Source: an uncultured Acidobacteriota bacterium | GTDB lineage: Bacteria > Acidobacteriota > Vicinamibacteria > Vicinamibacterales > CAVVIG01 | DNA length: 64,000 nt | Assembly (NCBI GenBank): GCA_963792785.1 | Contig: CAWBXO010000004.1 | Coordinates: forward strand, 578,278-642,277 | Reading direction: 5' to 3' | Shown here: positions 25,500 to 35,708 of the stretch, one piece after another | Position numbering within the stretch: position 1 is the first letter of the stretch | Layout: every line of letters begins with the position of its first letter | Program-made: the position numbers and the translations under genes | Notes under the pieces: generated by a model | The model's input: the letters and a program-made list of their open reading frames with translations, nothing else | What the model was told of the DNA's origin: nothing | Database searches by the model: none

Positions 25500-28175
25500 T
25501 CACGAGATCGCGGGGTTCGCTTTCTCGGGATCGATCTCGAGAGCTCGAATGGCGTCGGCGACGACCGACGGCGCCAGCTGGCCGTTGCGCGCGAGCGCCG
25601 CCAGGGTGGCCACCACGACGTACCGGGCGTCCACTTCGAAGAAATCGCGCAGGCTCGCGCGCGTCTCACTGCGGCCGAAGCCGTCGGTGCCGAGCGCCGT
25701 GATCGGCCGCGGCACCCACCGCGAGAGCGTGTCCGGCAGCGCCTTGACGTAGTCGGACGCCGCCACCAGCACGCCGGGCGCGTCCGCGACGGCCTGCGTG
25801 ATGTACGGCACCTTCGGCGTGTCCGCCGGGTGCAACAGGTTCCAGCGCTCGCACGCGTGGGCGTCGCGGTACAGCTGGCTGTAGCTCGTCACGCTCCACA
25901 CGTCGGCGCCCACGTTGTACGTGCTCTCGAGGATCGCCTGCGCCTTCACCACCTCCGGCAGGATCGCGCCGCTGCCGAACAGCTGCGCGCGCAGCGTCGC
26001 CTTCGGCTTGGACGATCCGCGGAACCGGTAGAGGCCCTTCAGAATCCCTTCGCGCGCGCCCTCCGGCATCGCCGGCATCTCGTACTGCTCATTCATCACC
26101 GTGAGGTAATAGAAGACGCTCTCGCCGTCGACGTACATCCGGCGGATGCCGTCCTCGACGATCACGGCGAGCTCGTAGGCGTACGCGGGGTCGTAGGCGA
26201 GGCAGTTCGGATACGCCATCGCGAACAGCTGGCTGTTGCCGTCCTGGTGCTGCAGGCCCTCGCCGGCCAGCGTCGTGCGGCCCGACGTGCCGCCCAGCAG
26301 GAACCCGCGCGTGCGCGAGTCGCCGGCGGCCCAGATCAGATCGCCGATGCGCTGGAAGCCGAACATCGAATAGTAGATGAAGAACGGGATCGTGTTCACG
26401 CCGTGCGTGGCGTAGGCCGTGCCCGCGGCGATGAACGACGACATCGCGCCGGCCTCGTTGATCCCCTCTTCGAGAATCTGGCCGTCGGACGCCTCTTTGT
26501 AATAGAGGAGCGTGTCCACGTCGACCGGCTCGTACATCTGGCCCGAGTGGGCGTAGATGCCGACCTGGCGGAACAGCGCCTCCATGCCGAAGGTGCGCGC
26601 CTCGTCGGGGACGATCGGCACCACGAAGGGGCCGAGATCCTTGTCGCGCAGCAGCTTCGCCAGCAGCCGCACGAACACCATCGTCGTCGAGGCTTTGCGA
26701 TCGTCGGTGCCCTTGAAGAACTCTTCGAAGAGATCCGGTGCGGCCGCCGGGAGCGGCGGCGCCTGCGCCTTGCGGGTCGGCACGTAGCCGCCGAGCGCCT
26801 GGCGCCGCTCGCGCATGTAGCGGACCTCGATGCTGTCCTCCGACGGCCGGTAGAACGGCGCCTTTGCGATCTCGGTGTCCGACACGGGAATCGAGAACCG
26901 CGTGCGGAAGGCCCGCAGCTCGTCCTCGTTCATCTTCTTCTGCTGGTGGGTGATGTTCTTGCCTTCGCCGGCCTCGCCGAGGCCGTACCCCTTGATCGTG
27001 CGGGCCAGCACGACGGTGGGCGATCCCTTGTGCTCGACCGCGGCCTTGTAGGCGTTGTAGACCTTGATCGGGTCGTGGCCGCCGAGCGTGAGCTTCTTCA
27101 GCTGGTCGTCCGACAGGTGCTTGACCATGTCGAGCAGGCGGGGATCGGCGCCCCAGAAGTGCTCGCGGACGTAGGCGCCCGACTCGACCGCGTACTTCTG
27201 GTACTGGCCGTCGACGACCTCGCCCATGCGCTTCATGAGCAGCCCGTCGCGGTCCTTGGCGAGCAGATAGTCCCACTCCCGGCCCCAGAGCACCTTGATC
27301 ACGTTCCAGCCCGCGCCGCGGAACGCGGCTTCGAGCTCCTGGATGATCTGCCCGTTGCCCCGCACCGGGCCGTCGAGCCGCTGCAGGTTGCAGTTGACGA
27401 CGAAGATCAGGTTGTCGAGCTTCTCGCGCGACGGCAGCGTGATGGCGCCGAGCGCCTCCGGCTCGTCGGTCTCGCCGTCGCCGAGGAACGCCCACACCTT
27501 CGAGGTCGACTTCGGCCGCAGGCCGCGATCCTCGAGGTAGCGCATGAAGCGCGCCTGGTAGATCGCCATGATCGGACCCAGGCCCATCGACACCGTGGGG
27601 TACTCCCAGAAGTCGGGCATCAGCCACGGGTGCGGATACGACGAGAGGCCGCCGCCGGGCTTCAGCTCGCGGCGGAAGTTCTCGAGCGCGCGCTCGTCGA
27701 GGCGCCCCTCGAGATACGCGCGGGCGTACACGCCCGGCGCCGCGTGGCCCTGGAAGAACACGACGTCGGCGTCGGGGCTGTCGTGGCCGCGGAAGAAATG
27801 ATTGAAGCCGACCTCGAACAGCGTGGCCACTGACGCGTACGTCGAGATGTGGCCGCCGATGCCCTCAGCCGCCTTGTTCGCCTTCACCACCATCGCGGCG
27901 GCATTCCAGCGGACGAGGCTCTTGATCCGGCGCTCGATGTCCGGACTGCCCGGCATCAGCACCTGGTCGTCGGCCGCGATCGTATTGATGTAGGGCGTGT
28001 TCGCGGAAAACGGCAGCTTCACGCCGTTTTCGGTGGCATGGGTCGCGAGTTCCTTGAGCAGCCGGGCCACCTTGACCGGCCCGCCGCTCTGGAGGACATA
28101 ATCAAGAGACTCGAGCCACTCGCGCGTTTCGACCGAATCGAGCTCGGCGGCGTCTTTCTGAACTGGGTTTCGCAC
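25500..28175 (-). CDS. aceE: Pyruvate dehydrogenase E1 component, homodimeric type
   Basis: Intact 891-aa ORF. It is colinear with AceE-type E1 (GGHISTYAS, FLGDGETDEPE, the transketolase-like C-terminal half). Confidence 0.95.
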   Translation of the reverse strand: MRNPVQKDAAELDSVETREWLESLDYVLQSGGPVKVARLLKELATHATENGVKLPFSANTPYINTIAADDQVLMPGSPDIERRIKSLVRWNAAAMVVKANKAAEGIGGHISTYASVATLFEVGFNHFFRGHDSPDADVVFFQGHAAPGVYARAYLEGRLDERALENFRRELKPGGGLSSYPHPWLMPDFWEYPTVSMGLGPIMAIYQARFMRYLEDRGLRPKSTSKVWAFLGDGETDEPEALGAITLPSREKLDNLIFVVNCNLQRLDGPVRGNGQIIQELEAAFRGAGWNVIKVLWGREWDYLLAKDRDGLLMKRMGEVVDGQYQKYAVESGAYVREHFWGADPRLLDMVKHLSDDQLKKLTLGGHDPIKVYNAYKAAVEHKGSPTVVLARTIKGYGLGEAGEGKNITHQQKKMNEDELRAFRTRFSIPVSDTEIAKAPFYRPSEDSIEVRYMRERRQALGGYVPTRKAQAPPLPAAAPDLFEEFFKGTDDRKASTTMVFVRLLAKLLRDKDLGPFVVPIVPDEARTFGMEALFRQVGIYAHSGQMYEPVDVDTLLYYKEASDGQILEEGINEAGAMSSFIAAGTAYATHGVNTIPFFIYYSMFGFQRIGDLIWAAGDSRTRGFLLGGTSGRTTLAGEGLQHQDGNSQLFAMAYPNCLAYDPAYAYELAVIVEDGIRRMYVDGESVFYYLTVMNEQYEMPAMPEGAREGILKGLYRFRGSSKPKATLRAQLFGSGAILPEVVKAQAILESTYNVGADVWSVTSYSQLYRDAHACERWNLLHPADTPKVPYITQAVADAPGVLVAASDYVKALPDTLSRWVPRPITALGTDGFGRSETRASLRDFFEVDARYVVVATLAALARNGQLAPSVVADAIRALEIDPEKANPAIS

Positions 28176-28250
28176 GACTGCGCGTTCCTTTCGCTCTCGG
28201 GGCTGCGTTAACCTCCTATTTTAACCTTCACGGTAAGGAAACGGGAAGCC

Positions 28251-30276
28251 ATGCGCCGACACCTGATGGCCTTCATTTTCGTCGCTTTGCCGTTGGCGGC
28301 CGTCATGGCGGCCGCGCAGTCGGCGACGGCGCCCGCGCCATCCGCGTCCGGGCTCGACCTCGCGGCCATCGACCGCGGCGCCAGTCCGTGCACCGACTTC
28401 TACGCGTTCGCCTGCGGCGCCTGGTCCCGGGCGAACCCCGTGCCGGCGGACCGCCAGCGCTGGGGGCGCTTCGACGAGCTGCAGGATCGGAACTTCACGT
28501 TTCTGCGCCGCATCCTCGAGACGCCGGGCGGCCAGGGCGATGAGCGCAAGGCCCGCGACTACTACGCCGCGTGCCTCGATACGGCCGCCATCGAACGCGG
28601 CGGCCTGTCGCCGCTCGAACCGCAGCTGCAGCGCATCGCCGCGCTCGCCGGCCTCGACGGTCTGCCGGCGCTCCTGGCCGGCCTGCACACCATCGGCGTG
28701 AACGCGCTCTTCCGGTTCCGCGCGGACACCGACGCGCACGACGCGACGCGCGAGATCGCCGACGTCGACCAGGGCGGGCTCGGCCTGCCCAACCGCGACT
28801 ACTACACGAAGACCGACGCGCCCTCGGTCGCCCTGCGCGCGAAGTACGTCGCGCACCTCGAGCGGATGCTGGGGCTGCTCGGCGACGCGCCGGCGCGCGC
28901 CGCCGCCGGTGCGCAGGCGATCATGGCGTTCGAGACCGCCCTCGCCGAGGCATCCGAGGCCCCGGTCGAAAGACGCAATCCGGCCACGACGGATCACCCG
29001 ATGACGGTCGACCAGCTCCAGGCGCTCACGCCCGGCTTCGACTGGAGCGGGTACCGCGCCGCGGGCGGCGCGCCGGCGTTCTCATCCCTCAACGTGGACG
29101 CCCCCGACTTCCTGAAGGCGATGGACGCCCTCCTCGCCGCGACCCCGGTCGCCACCCTCCAGACCTACCTGCGCTGGCGCCTGGTCGCCGCCTCGGCCAC
29201 CATGCTGCCCGCGGTGTTCGACGAGGCCAACTTCGATTTTTACGGCCGGACGCTCGCCGGCCAGAAGGCGCAGCTGCCGCGCTGGCGCCGCTGCGTGTCG
29301 GCGACCGACGCCGCCGTGGGCGAGGCCCTCGGCCAGGCGTTCGTCGCCGAGGCCTTCGGTCCGCAGTCGAAGGCCGACATGCTCGGCATGGTGCAGGACA
29401 TCAAAGGCTCCATGGCGAACGACATCGCGAGCGCCGACTGGATGAGCGCCGAGACGAAGCAGGCCGCGAAGGCCAAGCTGGATGCCGTCGTCGACCGCAT
29501 CGGCTACCCGGACACGTGGCGGCGCTACGACTCGATGACCGTCGGCGCGGCGACCGCGCTCGCGAACCGGCAGCAGGCCAACGCGTTCGACTGGCGGCGC
29601 GAGATGGCGAAGATCGACAAGCCCGTGGACCGCGGCGAGTGGTCGATGACGCCGCCGACCGTGAACGCCTACTACAGCCCCGATCGCAACAACATCAACT
29701 TCCCCGCCGGCATCCTGCAGCCGCCCTTCTATCAGGGCGAGCGCGACCCGGCCGTGAACTACGGGGCGGCCGGCGCGGTCGTCGGCCACGAGCTGACGCA
29801 CGGCTTCGACGACCAGGGGCGGAAGTACGACCCCGAGGGCAACCTGCGCGACTGGTGGACCGCCGCCGACGGCGCGAAATTCGAGGAGCGCGCCAGCTGC
29901 ATCGCGAACGAGTACCGAAGGCTTTCAGGTGGACGCCGACACGCACCTGAACGGCCGGCTCACGCTCGGCGAGAACACGGCGGACAACGGCGGCGTGCGC
30001 CTCGCGTTCCTCGCGTACCTCGCCGGGCCCGGCGCCAACGCCCCCGCGAATCTCGACGGCTTCACGCCCCAGCAGCGCTTCTTCCTCGGCTACGCCCAGA
30101 TCTGGTGCGAGAACCGGACGCCGGAGTACGACCGGATGCAGGCGCTCACCGACCCGCATTCGCCCGGACGCTTTCGCGTGAACGGCGTCGTCTCGAACAT
30201 GCCGGAATTCCAGCGGGCGTTCGCGTGCCGCGCCGACGCGCCCATGGTGCGGCAGAACGCATGCCGCGTCTGGTAG
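28251..30276 (+). pseudogene. M13-family zinc metallopeptidase (PepO / endothelin-converting-enzyme-like) with a single frameshift near 29912-29925
   Basis: Has a signal peptide and HExxH (VVGHELTHGFD). After CIANEY the frame is lost, and the true continuation (E)GFQVDADTHLNGRLTLGENTADNGG...MPEFQRAFACR is ORF 29929..30276. The track fuses the wrong-frame read-through with the next gene. Confidence 0.8.
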
Positions 30277-30971
30277 CGCAGGCGCTGCTGAACGCGCAGC
30301 AGGCGATCGTCGCCTGCGAGCGGTGCCCGCGCCTGCGCGCCTACGGCGCGCGGGTCGCGCGCGAGAAGCGGCGCGCCTATCGCGACGACGTGTACTGGGG
30401 CCGGCCCGTGCCCGGGTTCGGCGACCCGCGCGCCCGCCTCCTCATCGTCGGGCTCGCCCCCGCGGCGCACGGCGCCAACCGCACCGGCCGCGTCTTCACC
30501 GGCGACGGCGCGGGCGGATCGAGCGGGTTCCTCATGGCCTCGCTGCACCGCACGGGCTTCGCCAACCAGCCCACGTCCGAGCGCGCCGACGACGGCCTGC
30601 GGCTGCGGGACGCGTTCATCGCGATGGCCGTACGGTGCGCGCCGCCCGACAACAAGCCGACACCCCGCGAAATCGCCAACTGCCGCATCCACTTCGACGC
30701 CGAGTTCGACGCACTGCCGCGCGTCGGCGTCGTCGCCGCGCTCGGCAAGGTCGCGTTCGACGCCACGCTGCACCTGCTCGCCCGGCACGGCACGACGTTC
30801 GCGCGCCGCCCCGCCTTCGGCCACGGCGCCCGCGTGGAACTGCCTGACGGCCGCGTGCTGCTCGGGTGCTACCACCCGAGCCGCCAGAACACGCAGACCG
30901 GCAAGCTCACGAAGGGGATGATCGATGACGTCTTCGCGCTCGCGCGGGACGTCATCGAGACGAGGTTCTAA
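30261..30971 (+). CDS. Uracil-DNA glycosylase, family 4/5 (motif A reads GLAPAAHG, so family-5 UdgB-like)
   Basis: ATG 30261 overlaps the M13 stop. Supporting sequence: CERCPRLRAY, LLIVGLAPAAHGANRTGRVFTGD, GCYHPSRQNTQTG. Confidence 0.8.
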   Translation: MPRLVAQALLNAQQAIVACERCPRLRAYGARVAREKRRAYRDDVYWGRPVPGFGDPRARLLIVGLAPAAHGANRTGRVFTGDGAGGSSGFLMASLHRTGFANQPTSERADDGLRLRDAFIAMAVRCAPPDNKPTPREIANCRIHFDAEFDALPRVGVVAALGKVAFDATLHLLARHGTTFARRPAFGHGARVELPDGRVLLGCYHPSRQNTQTGKLTKGMIDDVFALARDVIETRF

Positions 30972-31178
30972 AGGTTCCAAAGGTTCTGGGGGTTCTGAAG
31001 GTCGGGTTCTCGGTTCCAGGGGTTCAGAGGTTCTAAGGGTGCTGGCGGCGCGGACGCCGCGTAGTCGGAACCACTGAACCCTCGAACCCTCGTACCTTGG
31101 AACCCGACCCCCAGAACCTCCAGAACCCCTGGAACCTTTAGAACCGCTGCTTCCAGTAGAACCGCTGCATCCAGGAAC
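30963..31178. repeat. ~200-bp palindromic element, copy A: GGTTC-periodic arms around the core GGGTGCTGGCGGCGCGGACGCCGCGTAGTCGGAACC, plus TAGAACCGCTGCWTCCAG x2
   Basis: Read directly. The left arm starts inside the last UDG codons (stop 30969-30971). It aligns with copy B at 31934-32125 in the same orientation. Confidence 0.85.
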
Positions 31179-31220
31179 TCCCTGTGCCGCGCGGTGTCCA
31201 ACTGAGTACGGGAGGCTCCG

Positions 31221-31931
31221 ATGCTCACACGCACCCTCGTGGCGGCGTCGTTTGCCGGACATCTGATCGTGCTCACCGTGATCGGCGTCGTGCAGGCTCT
31301 CGCGATGGGGCCGCTGCCGCAGCCGCGCCATCCCCTCGATCCCTTCGTCGTTCACCTGGTGCGGCTCGGCGACATCGAACTGCCGCCGATGCCGCGCGCG
31401 GAGGCGCGGCCGCCGGGCAGGGCGGACGCATCGAGCGCGCCCGTGGTGCGGACGGCCTCGCCGACCGTGGCGGCGCCCCTCGAACCGCAGACGGGCATCC
31501 GGCCTGAGACGGATCTCGATCGCGCGTTCGGCGCGCGCGGCATCGGCGGCGGCGAGCCCGCGATCCGATCGCTCGGCAGTCTCGGCCAGTCGCTCGGCGG
31601 CCCCGTGGCGCTGCCGGAGGCGCCGCCACGCCCGGCCGGACCGGTGCGGCTGCATCAGGGCATCGCGCCGCCCGTTCCGATCTCGATGCCGACGCCGATT
31701 TACCCGGCGATCGCCCGCACGGCGCGCGTCGACGGCATCGTGATCCTCGACGTCGTCATCGACGAGACGGGGCGCGTGACCGGCGCGAAGGTGCTGCGAT
31801 CGATTCCCTTGCTGGACAAGGCGGCCATCGACGCGATCACGTCGTGGCGCTACGAACCGGCCAGGCTGAACGGGATCCCGATCGCGATTTCGATGACGGT
31901 GACCGTACGCTTCACGTTGAACGGTCGGTGA
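31221..31931 (+). CDS. TonB-family energy-transducer protein
   Basis: Intact 236-aa ORF with an N-terminal TM segment, a Pro-rich spacer and a TonB C-terminal domain (YPAIARTARVDGIVILDVVIDETGRVTGAKVLRS...WRYEPARLNG). Confidence 0.8.
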   Translation: MLTRTLVAASFAGHLIVLTVIGVVQALAMGPLPQPRHPLDPFVVHLVRLGDIELPPMPRAEARPPGRADASSAPVVRTASPTVAAPLEPQTGIRPETDLDRAFGARGIGGGEPAIRSLGSLGQSLGGPVALPEAPPRPAGPVRLHQGIAPPVPISMPTPIYPAIARTARVDGIVILDVVIDETGRVTGAKVLRSIPLLDKAAIDAITSWRYEPARLNGIPIAISMTVTVRFTLNGR

Positions 31932-31933
31932 AG

Positions 31934-32125
31934 CGCAGCGGTTCTGGAGGTTCCAGGGGTTCCGGGGGTTCTGGAGGTCGGGTTCTGGGTTCTAGAGGTT
32001 CAGAGGTTCTACGGGTGCTTGCGGCGCGGACGCCGCGTAGTCGGAACCGCTGAACCCTCGAACCTGTCGAACCCAGAACCCGACCTCCAGAACCCCCAGA
32101 ACCCCTGGAACCCCTAGAACCTCTT
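31934..32125. repeat. ~200-bp palindromic element, copy B (core GGGTGCTTGCGGCGCGGACGCCGCGTAGTCGGAACC)
   Basis: Read directly. It begins 3 nt after the tonB stop and contains the stop and the last ~40 codons of the convergent glycerophosphodiesterase ORF. Confidence 0.85.
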
Positions 32126-32903
32126 CGACAGTTGGGACGATCACGTCCGGCCGATCCGTGATGAGCGCGTCGACGCCCCACGACAGCAGGCGGCGCGCGT
32201 CGGCCTCGGTGTCGACGGTCCAGACCTGCACGGCGAGCCCCGCGCGATGCATGGCGGCCACGAAGCGCGGCGAGACGACGCGCGTCCGGCCCGCGCGCTC
32301 CGGCACCTGGAAGCCGCCGTACGCCGGCCGCGACGGCGTCAGACCGATCCACGACCGGTAGAGCGCCCATCGCACTTCCTCACGCCAGGCGCTCGTCGCG
32401 ATCGCCGGCTCGATCGCGCGCGCCGCCGGCAGGGCGCGCGCCGCAAACGCGCCGAGGCACACGCGGTCCACCGCGTCCGCGGCGCGCACGACGTCGACGA
32501 CGGCGCGCGCGAGGGCTGCGGTGTCGGCCTTGAGCTCGATGATGACGCGCACGCCGGTGAACCGCGCCAGCACGTCGGCGAGCCGCGGCACGCCGATGCC
32601 CTGCCCCCGAAAGGGGAACCCGCCGTCCCGCGCGAAGCGATAGCCGGCGTCGGCCGCGGCCAGCTCGTCCGCGGTGCGCGCCGCGATCGGGCCGCTGAGG
32701 TCGGTGGTGCGTTCCAGCGTCGGGTCGTGATGCACGACGACGACGCCGTCGCGCGACAGGTGCACGTCCAGCTCGAGCCCATCGGCACCGACCGCCAGGC
32801 CGCGCTCGAACGCGGGCATCGTGTTCTCGGGGGACAGGCCGCTTCCGCCGCGGTGCGCGAAGACGAGCGGCCCCACGGCGTCGAAAAAGGCGGCGCGGGA
32901 CAC
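31992..32903 (-). CDS. Glycerophosphodiester phosphodiesterase (UgpQ/GlpQ family)
   Basis: Real part of long ORF 31992..33923, with GTG start at 32903-32901 (VSRAAFFDAVGPLVFAHRGG). Motifs are HRGG..PENT and ELDVHLSRDGVVVVHHD. The C-terminal tail is encoded by repeat copy B. Confidence 0.8.
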   Translation of the reverse strand: MSRAAFFDAVGPLVFAHRGGSGLSPENTMPAFERGLAVGADGLELDVHLSRDGVVVVHHDPTLERTTDLSGPIAARTADELAAADAGYRFARDGGFPFRGQGIGVPRLADVLARFTGVRVIIELKADTAALARAVVDVVRAADAVDRVCLGAFAARALPAARAIEPAIATSAWREEVRWALYRSWIGLTPSRPAYGGFQVPERAGRTRVVSPRFVAAMHRAGLAVQVWTVDTEADARRLLSWGVDALITDRPDVIVPTVEEVLGVPGVLGVLEVGFWVRQVRGFSGSDYAASAPQAPVEPLNL

Positions 32904-32939
32904 GGGCGGTAGTCTAACCGTTACTGATAGAATCGATTC

Positions 32940-34436
32940 ATGACGGGCCCTTTTCAGACCCTGGGGGAACTGCGCCGCTCCGGACGGGCGACGCGCCCCG
33001 TAAAACAGGAAATCCGCGACAACCTCGTCGAGAAGCTGCGCACCGGCGCGCCGCTGTTTCCCGGCATCGTCGGCTACGACGAGACCGTGATCCCGCAGCT
33101 GGTCAACGCCATCCTCTCGCGACACAACTTCATCCTGCTCGGCCTGCGCGGACAAGCGAAGAGCCGCATCCTGCGCGGTCTCGTCGATCTGCTCGACCCG
33201 GTCGTGCCGGTCGTGCCGGGCTGCGAGATTCACGACAACCCCCTCGCGCCGATCTGCGCGTCGTGCCGCGCGCGCGTCGCGGTCGAGGGCGACGACCTGC
33301 CCCTGGGCTGGCTCCCGCGCGAGGCCCGCTTCGTCGAGAAGCTGGCGACGCCCGACGTGACGATCGCCGACATGGTGGGCGACATCGATCCGATCAAGGC
33401 GGCCCAGGGCGGACTCAACCTGGCCGACGAGCTGACCATGCACTACGGGCTGCTGCCGCGGGCCAACCGCGGCATCTTCGCCGTGAACGAGCTGCCGGAC
33501 CTCGCCGGCAAGATCCAGGTGGGCCTGTTCAACATCCTTCAGGAGGGCGACGTCCAGATCAAGGGCTACCCCGTCCGCCTGAAGCTCGACGTCTTGCTGG
33601 TCTTCACCGCGAACCCGGAGGACTACACGGCGCGCGGCAAGATCATCACGCCGCTCAAGGACCGCATCGGGTCGGAGATTCGCACCCACTACCCCCAGAC
33701 GCGGCAGAACGCGATGACCATCACCGAGCAGGAAGCGTGGACGACACGCCCCGGCGGCCTGCCGGTCGAGATCCCGTCGTACGTGCGCGAGGTGGTCGAG
33801 GAAGTGGCGTTCCAGGCGCGCGCGGACCGGAAGATCGACAAGCGGTCCGGCGTGAGCCAGCGGCTGCCGATCACCACGCTCGAGCTGGTCGTGTCGAACG
33901 CCGAGCGCCGCGCCTTGCAGCACGGCGAACCGGTCGCCGTGCCGCGCGTCACCGATCTCTATGCGGCGCTGCCGTCGATCACCGGCAAGTTCGAGCTCGA
34001 GTACGAGGGCGAACTGCGCGGCGCCGAGCAGATCGCGCGCGATCTGATCCGCGCGGCGGTCGGCACCGTCTTCACCGGGATGTTCGACGGCGTGGACACC
34101 AAGACGGTCGTCGAATGGTTTGACCTCGGCGGCGTGCTGCCGCTGGGCGACACCACGCCGGCCGAGCAGCTGGTCGCCGACACGCGGGGCGTCCAGGGCC
34201 TCGGCGACCTGGCGGTCCGCGCGGGGCTGCCGCCCGACGCGAACGCGCCCTGGCGCGCGTCGACCATCGACTTCGTGCTCGAGGGGCTGTACGCGCAGAA
34301 GAAGATCAGCCGCAGCGACGATCGCGGCTACGCGGCCGCCGAGACCGCGCCGCGCCGGCCGCGCCGCGAGGAGCCGATGCTCGAGGAAGAGCTGCGCATG
34401 CCGGGCACGGGAAGCAAGAAGAAGTACTACAACTAG
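32940..34436 (+). CDS. ChlI/BchI-like AAA+ ATPase (magnesium-chelatase subunit I family, non-photosynthetic context)
   Basis: Intact 498-aa ORF. Walker A-like [10 protein letters not shown] and Walker [11 protein letters not shown] are present, with colinearity to ChlI-type AAA+ proteins. Confidence 0.75.
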   Translation: MTGPFQTLGELRRSGRATRPVKQEIRDNLVEKLRTGAPLFPGIVGYDETVIPQLVNAILSRHNFILLGLRGQAKSRILRGLVDLLDPVVPVVPGCEIHDNPLAPICASCRARVAVEGDDLPLGWLPREARFVEKLATPDVTIADMVGDIDPIKAAQGGLNLADELTMHYGLLPRANRGIFAVNELPDLAGKIQVGLFNILQEGDVQIKGYPVRLKLDVLLVFTANPEDYTARGKIITPLKDRIGSEIRTHYPQTRQNAMTITEQEAWTTRPGGLPVEIPSYVREVVEEVAFQARADRKIDKRSGVSQRLPITTLELVVSNAERRALQHGEPVAVPRVTDLYAALPSITGKFELEYEGELRGAEQIARDLIRAAVGTVFTGMFDGVDTKTVVEWFDLGGVLPLGDTTPAEQLVADTRGVQGLGDLAVRAGLPPDANAPWRASTIDFVLEGLYAQKKISRSDDRGYAAAETAPRRPRREEPMLEEELRMPGTGSKKKYYN

Positions 34437-35698
34437 TGAAGTACCGCTACACGAAGTACACCGGCGACGATCTCGCGGACCTCGACATCGCGGATCTGGT
34501 CTCGAAGCTGTCCGATCTGCTTCTCTCGAGCGGCTTCGCGAACCCGTACGGCGACGAGGACGATCGGACGATGCAGGCGCTGCACGATGCGATCCTCGAC
34601 GCGCTGTTCAACGGCGGCCTGCTGCCCGAGGAGACCATCGAGCGCCTGCTCGGCGACCCGGCCGACGGCGATCAGTCCGAGCTGCGATCGGAGCTCGAGG
34701 ACCTGATTCAGAAGATCATCGAGCAGATGGGCGCCGAGGGCTACATCACGACGCCGCCCGACCTCGACGCCGAGCGCCAGCGCCGGGGGCGCGGGGGGCG
34801 GGGCGAGGCGCAGCCGCCGCTGACCTTCGAGGTCACCGACAAGACGCTCGATTTCCTCGGCTACCGCGCGCTGCGCGACCTGCTCGGGTCGCTCGGCAAG
34901 AGCAGCTACGGCCGGCACGACACCCGCGAGCAGGCGACGGGGGTCGAGACCACGGGCGCGCCCAAGCCGTACGAGTTCGGCGACACGCTCAACCTCGATC
35001 CGGGCAGCACGCTGCTGAACGCCGCGCAGCGCGCGGCCCGCAGCGGGCGCGGCGGCACGGGCCGCCTCGACGTGGCCCGCGAGGACCTGATGGTCGTGCA
35101 GGGCGAGTACCAGAGCTCGTGCGCGACCGTGCTGATGCTCGACTGCAGCCACAGCATGATCCTCTACGGCGAAGATCGCTTCACGCCGGCCAAGCGCGTC
35201 GCGCTCGCGCTCGCGCAGCTGATCAAGACCCAGTACCCGGGCGACGCGCTGAAGGTCGTGCTGTTCCACGACTCGGCCGAGGAGATCCCGCTGGCCGAAC
35301 TGGGGCGCGTCCGCGTGGGGCCGTACTACACGAACACGCGCGAGGGCCTGCGCCTCGCCCGGCGGATCCTGGACCGCCAGGGCAAGGACATGCGGCAGAT
35401 CATCATGATCACCGACGGCAAACCCTCGGCCCTGACCCAGCCCGACGGGCGCATCTACAAGAACGCGTTCGGCCTCGACCCGTTCATCGTGGCCGAGACC
35501 TGCGCCGAGGTCGCCGCGTGCCGCAAGAGCGGCATCATGATCAACACGTTCATGCTCGCCCGGGACTACGACCTGGTCAGCTTCGTGCGGCGCGTGGCGG
35601 ACATCTGCAAAGGCAAGGCGTACTTCACGACGCCGTACACCCTGGGCCAGTACGTCCTGATGGACTACATGGACAAGAAGACGAAGACGATTCACTGA
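34436..35698 (+). CDS. VWA-domain protein, partner of the AAA+ ATPase
   Basis: The GTG start overlaps the upstream stop. The VWA MIDAS motif is [10 protein letters not shown], and [10 protein letters not shown] is also present. Confidence 0.75.
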   Translation: MKYRYTKYTGDDLADLDIADLVSKLSDLLLSSGFANPYGDEDDRTMQALHDAILDALFNGGLLPEETIERLLGDPADGDQSELRSELEDLIQKIIEQMGAEGYITTPPDLDAERQRRGRGGRGEAQPPLTFEVTDKTLDFLGYRALRDLLGSLGKSSYGRHDTREQATGVETTGAPKPYEFGDTLNLDPGSTLLNAAQRAARSGRGGTGRLDVAREDLMVVQGEYQSSCATVLMLDCSHSMILYGEDRFTPAKRVALALAQLIKTQYPGDALKVVLFHDSAEEIPLAELGRVRVGPYYTNTREGLRLARRILDRQGKDMRQIIMITDGKPSALTQPDGRIYKNAFGLDPFIVAETCAEVAACRKSGIMINTFMLARDYDLVSFVRRVADICKGKAYFTTPYTLGQYVLMDYMDKKTKTIH

Positions 35699-35708
35699 CA
35701 GGCGAGCC

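Noticed and set aside
28251-30971. A single 906-aa M13-peptidase / UDG fusion protein, as listed in the ORF track.
   Set aside because: The middle ~120 aa (RRLSGGRRHAPERP...) are wrong-frame read-through after a frameshift. The native M13 C-terminus is in ORF 29929..30276, and UDG has its own ATG at 30261.
30968-32053. Gly/Ser-rich ORFs translated through the GGTTC elements (for example GSGGSRGSGGSGGRVLGSRGSEV in 31844..32053 and 30968..31276).
   Set aside because: They are a direct by-product of translating the periodic GGTTC repeats, they are present on both strands, and they have no start context.
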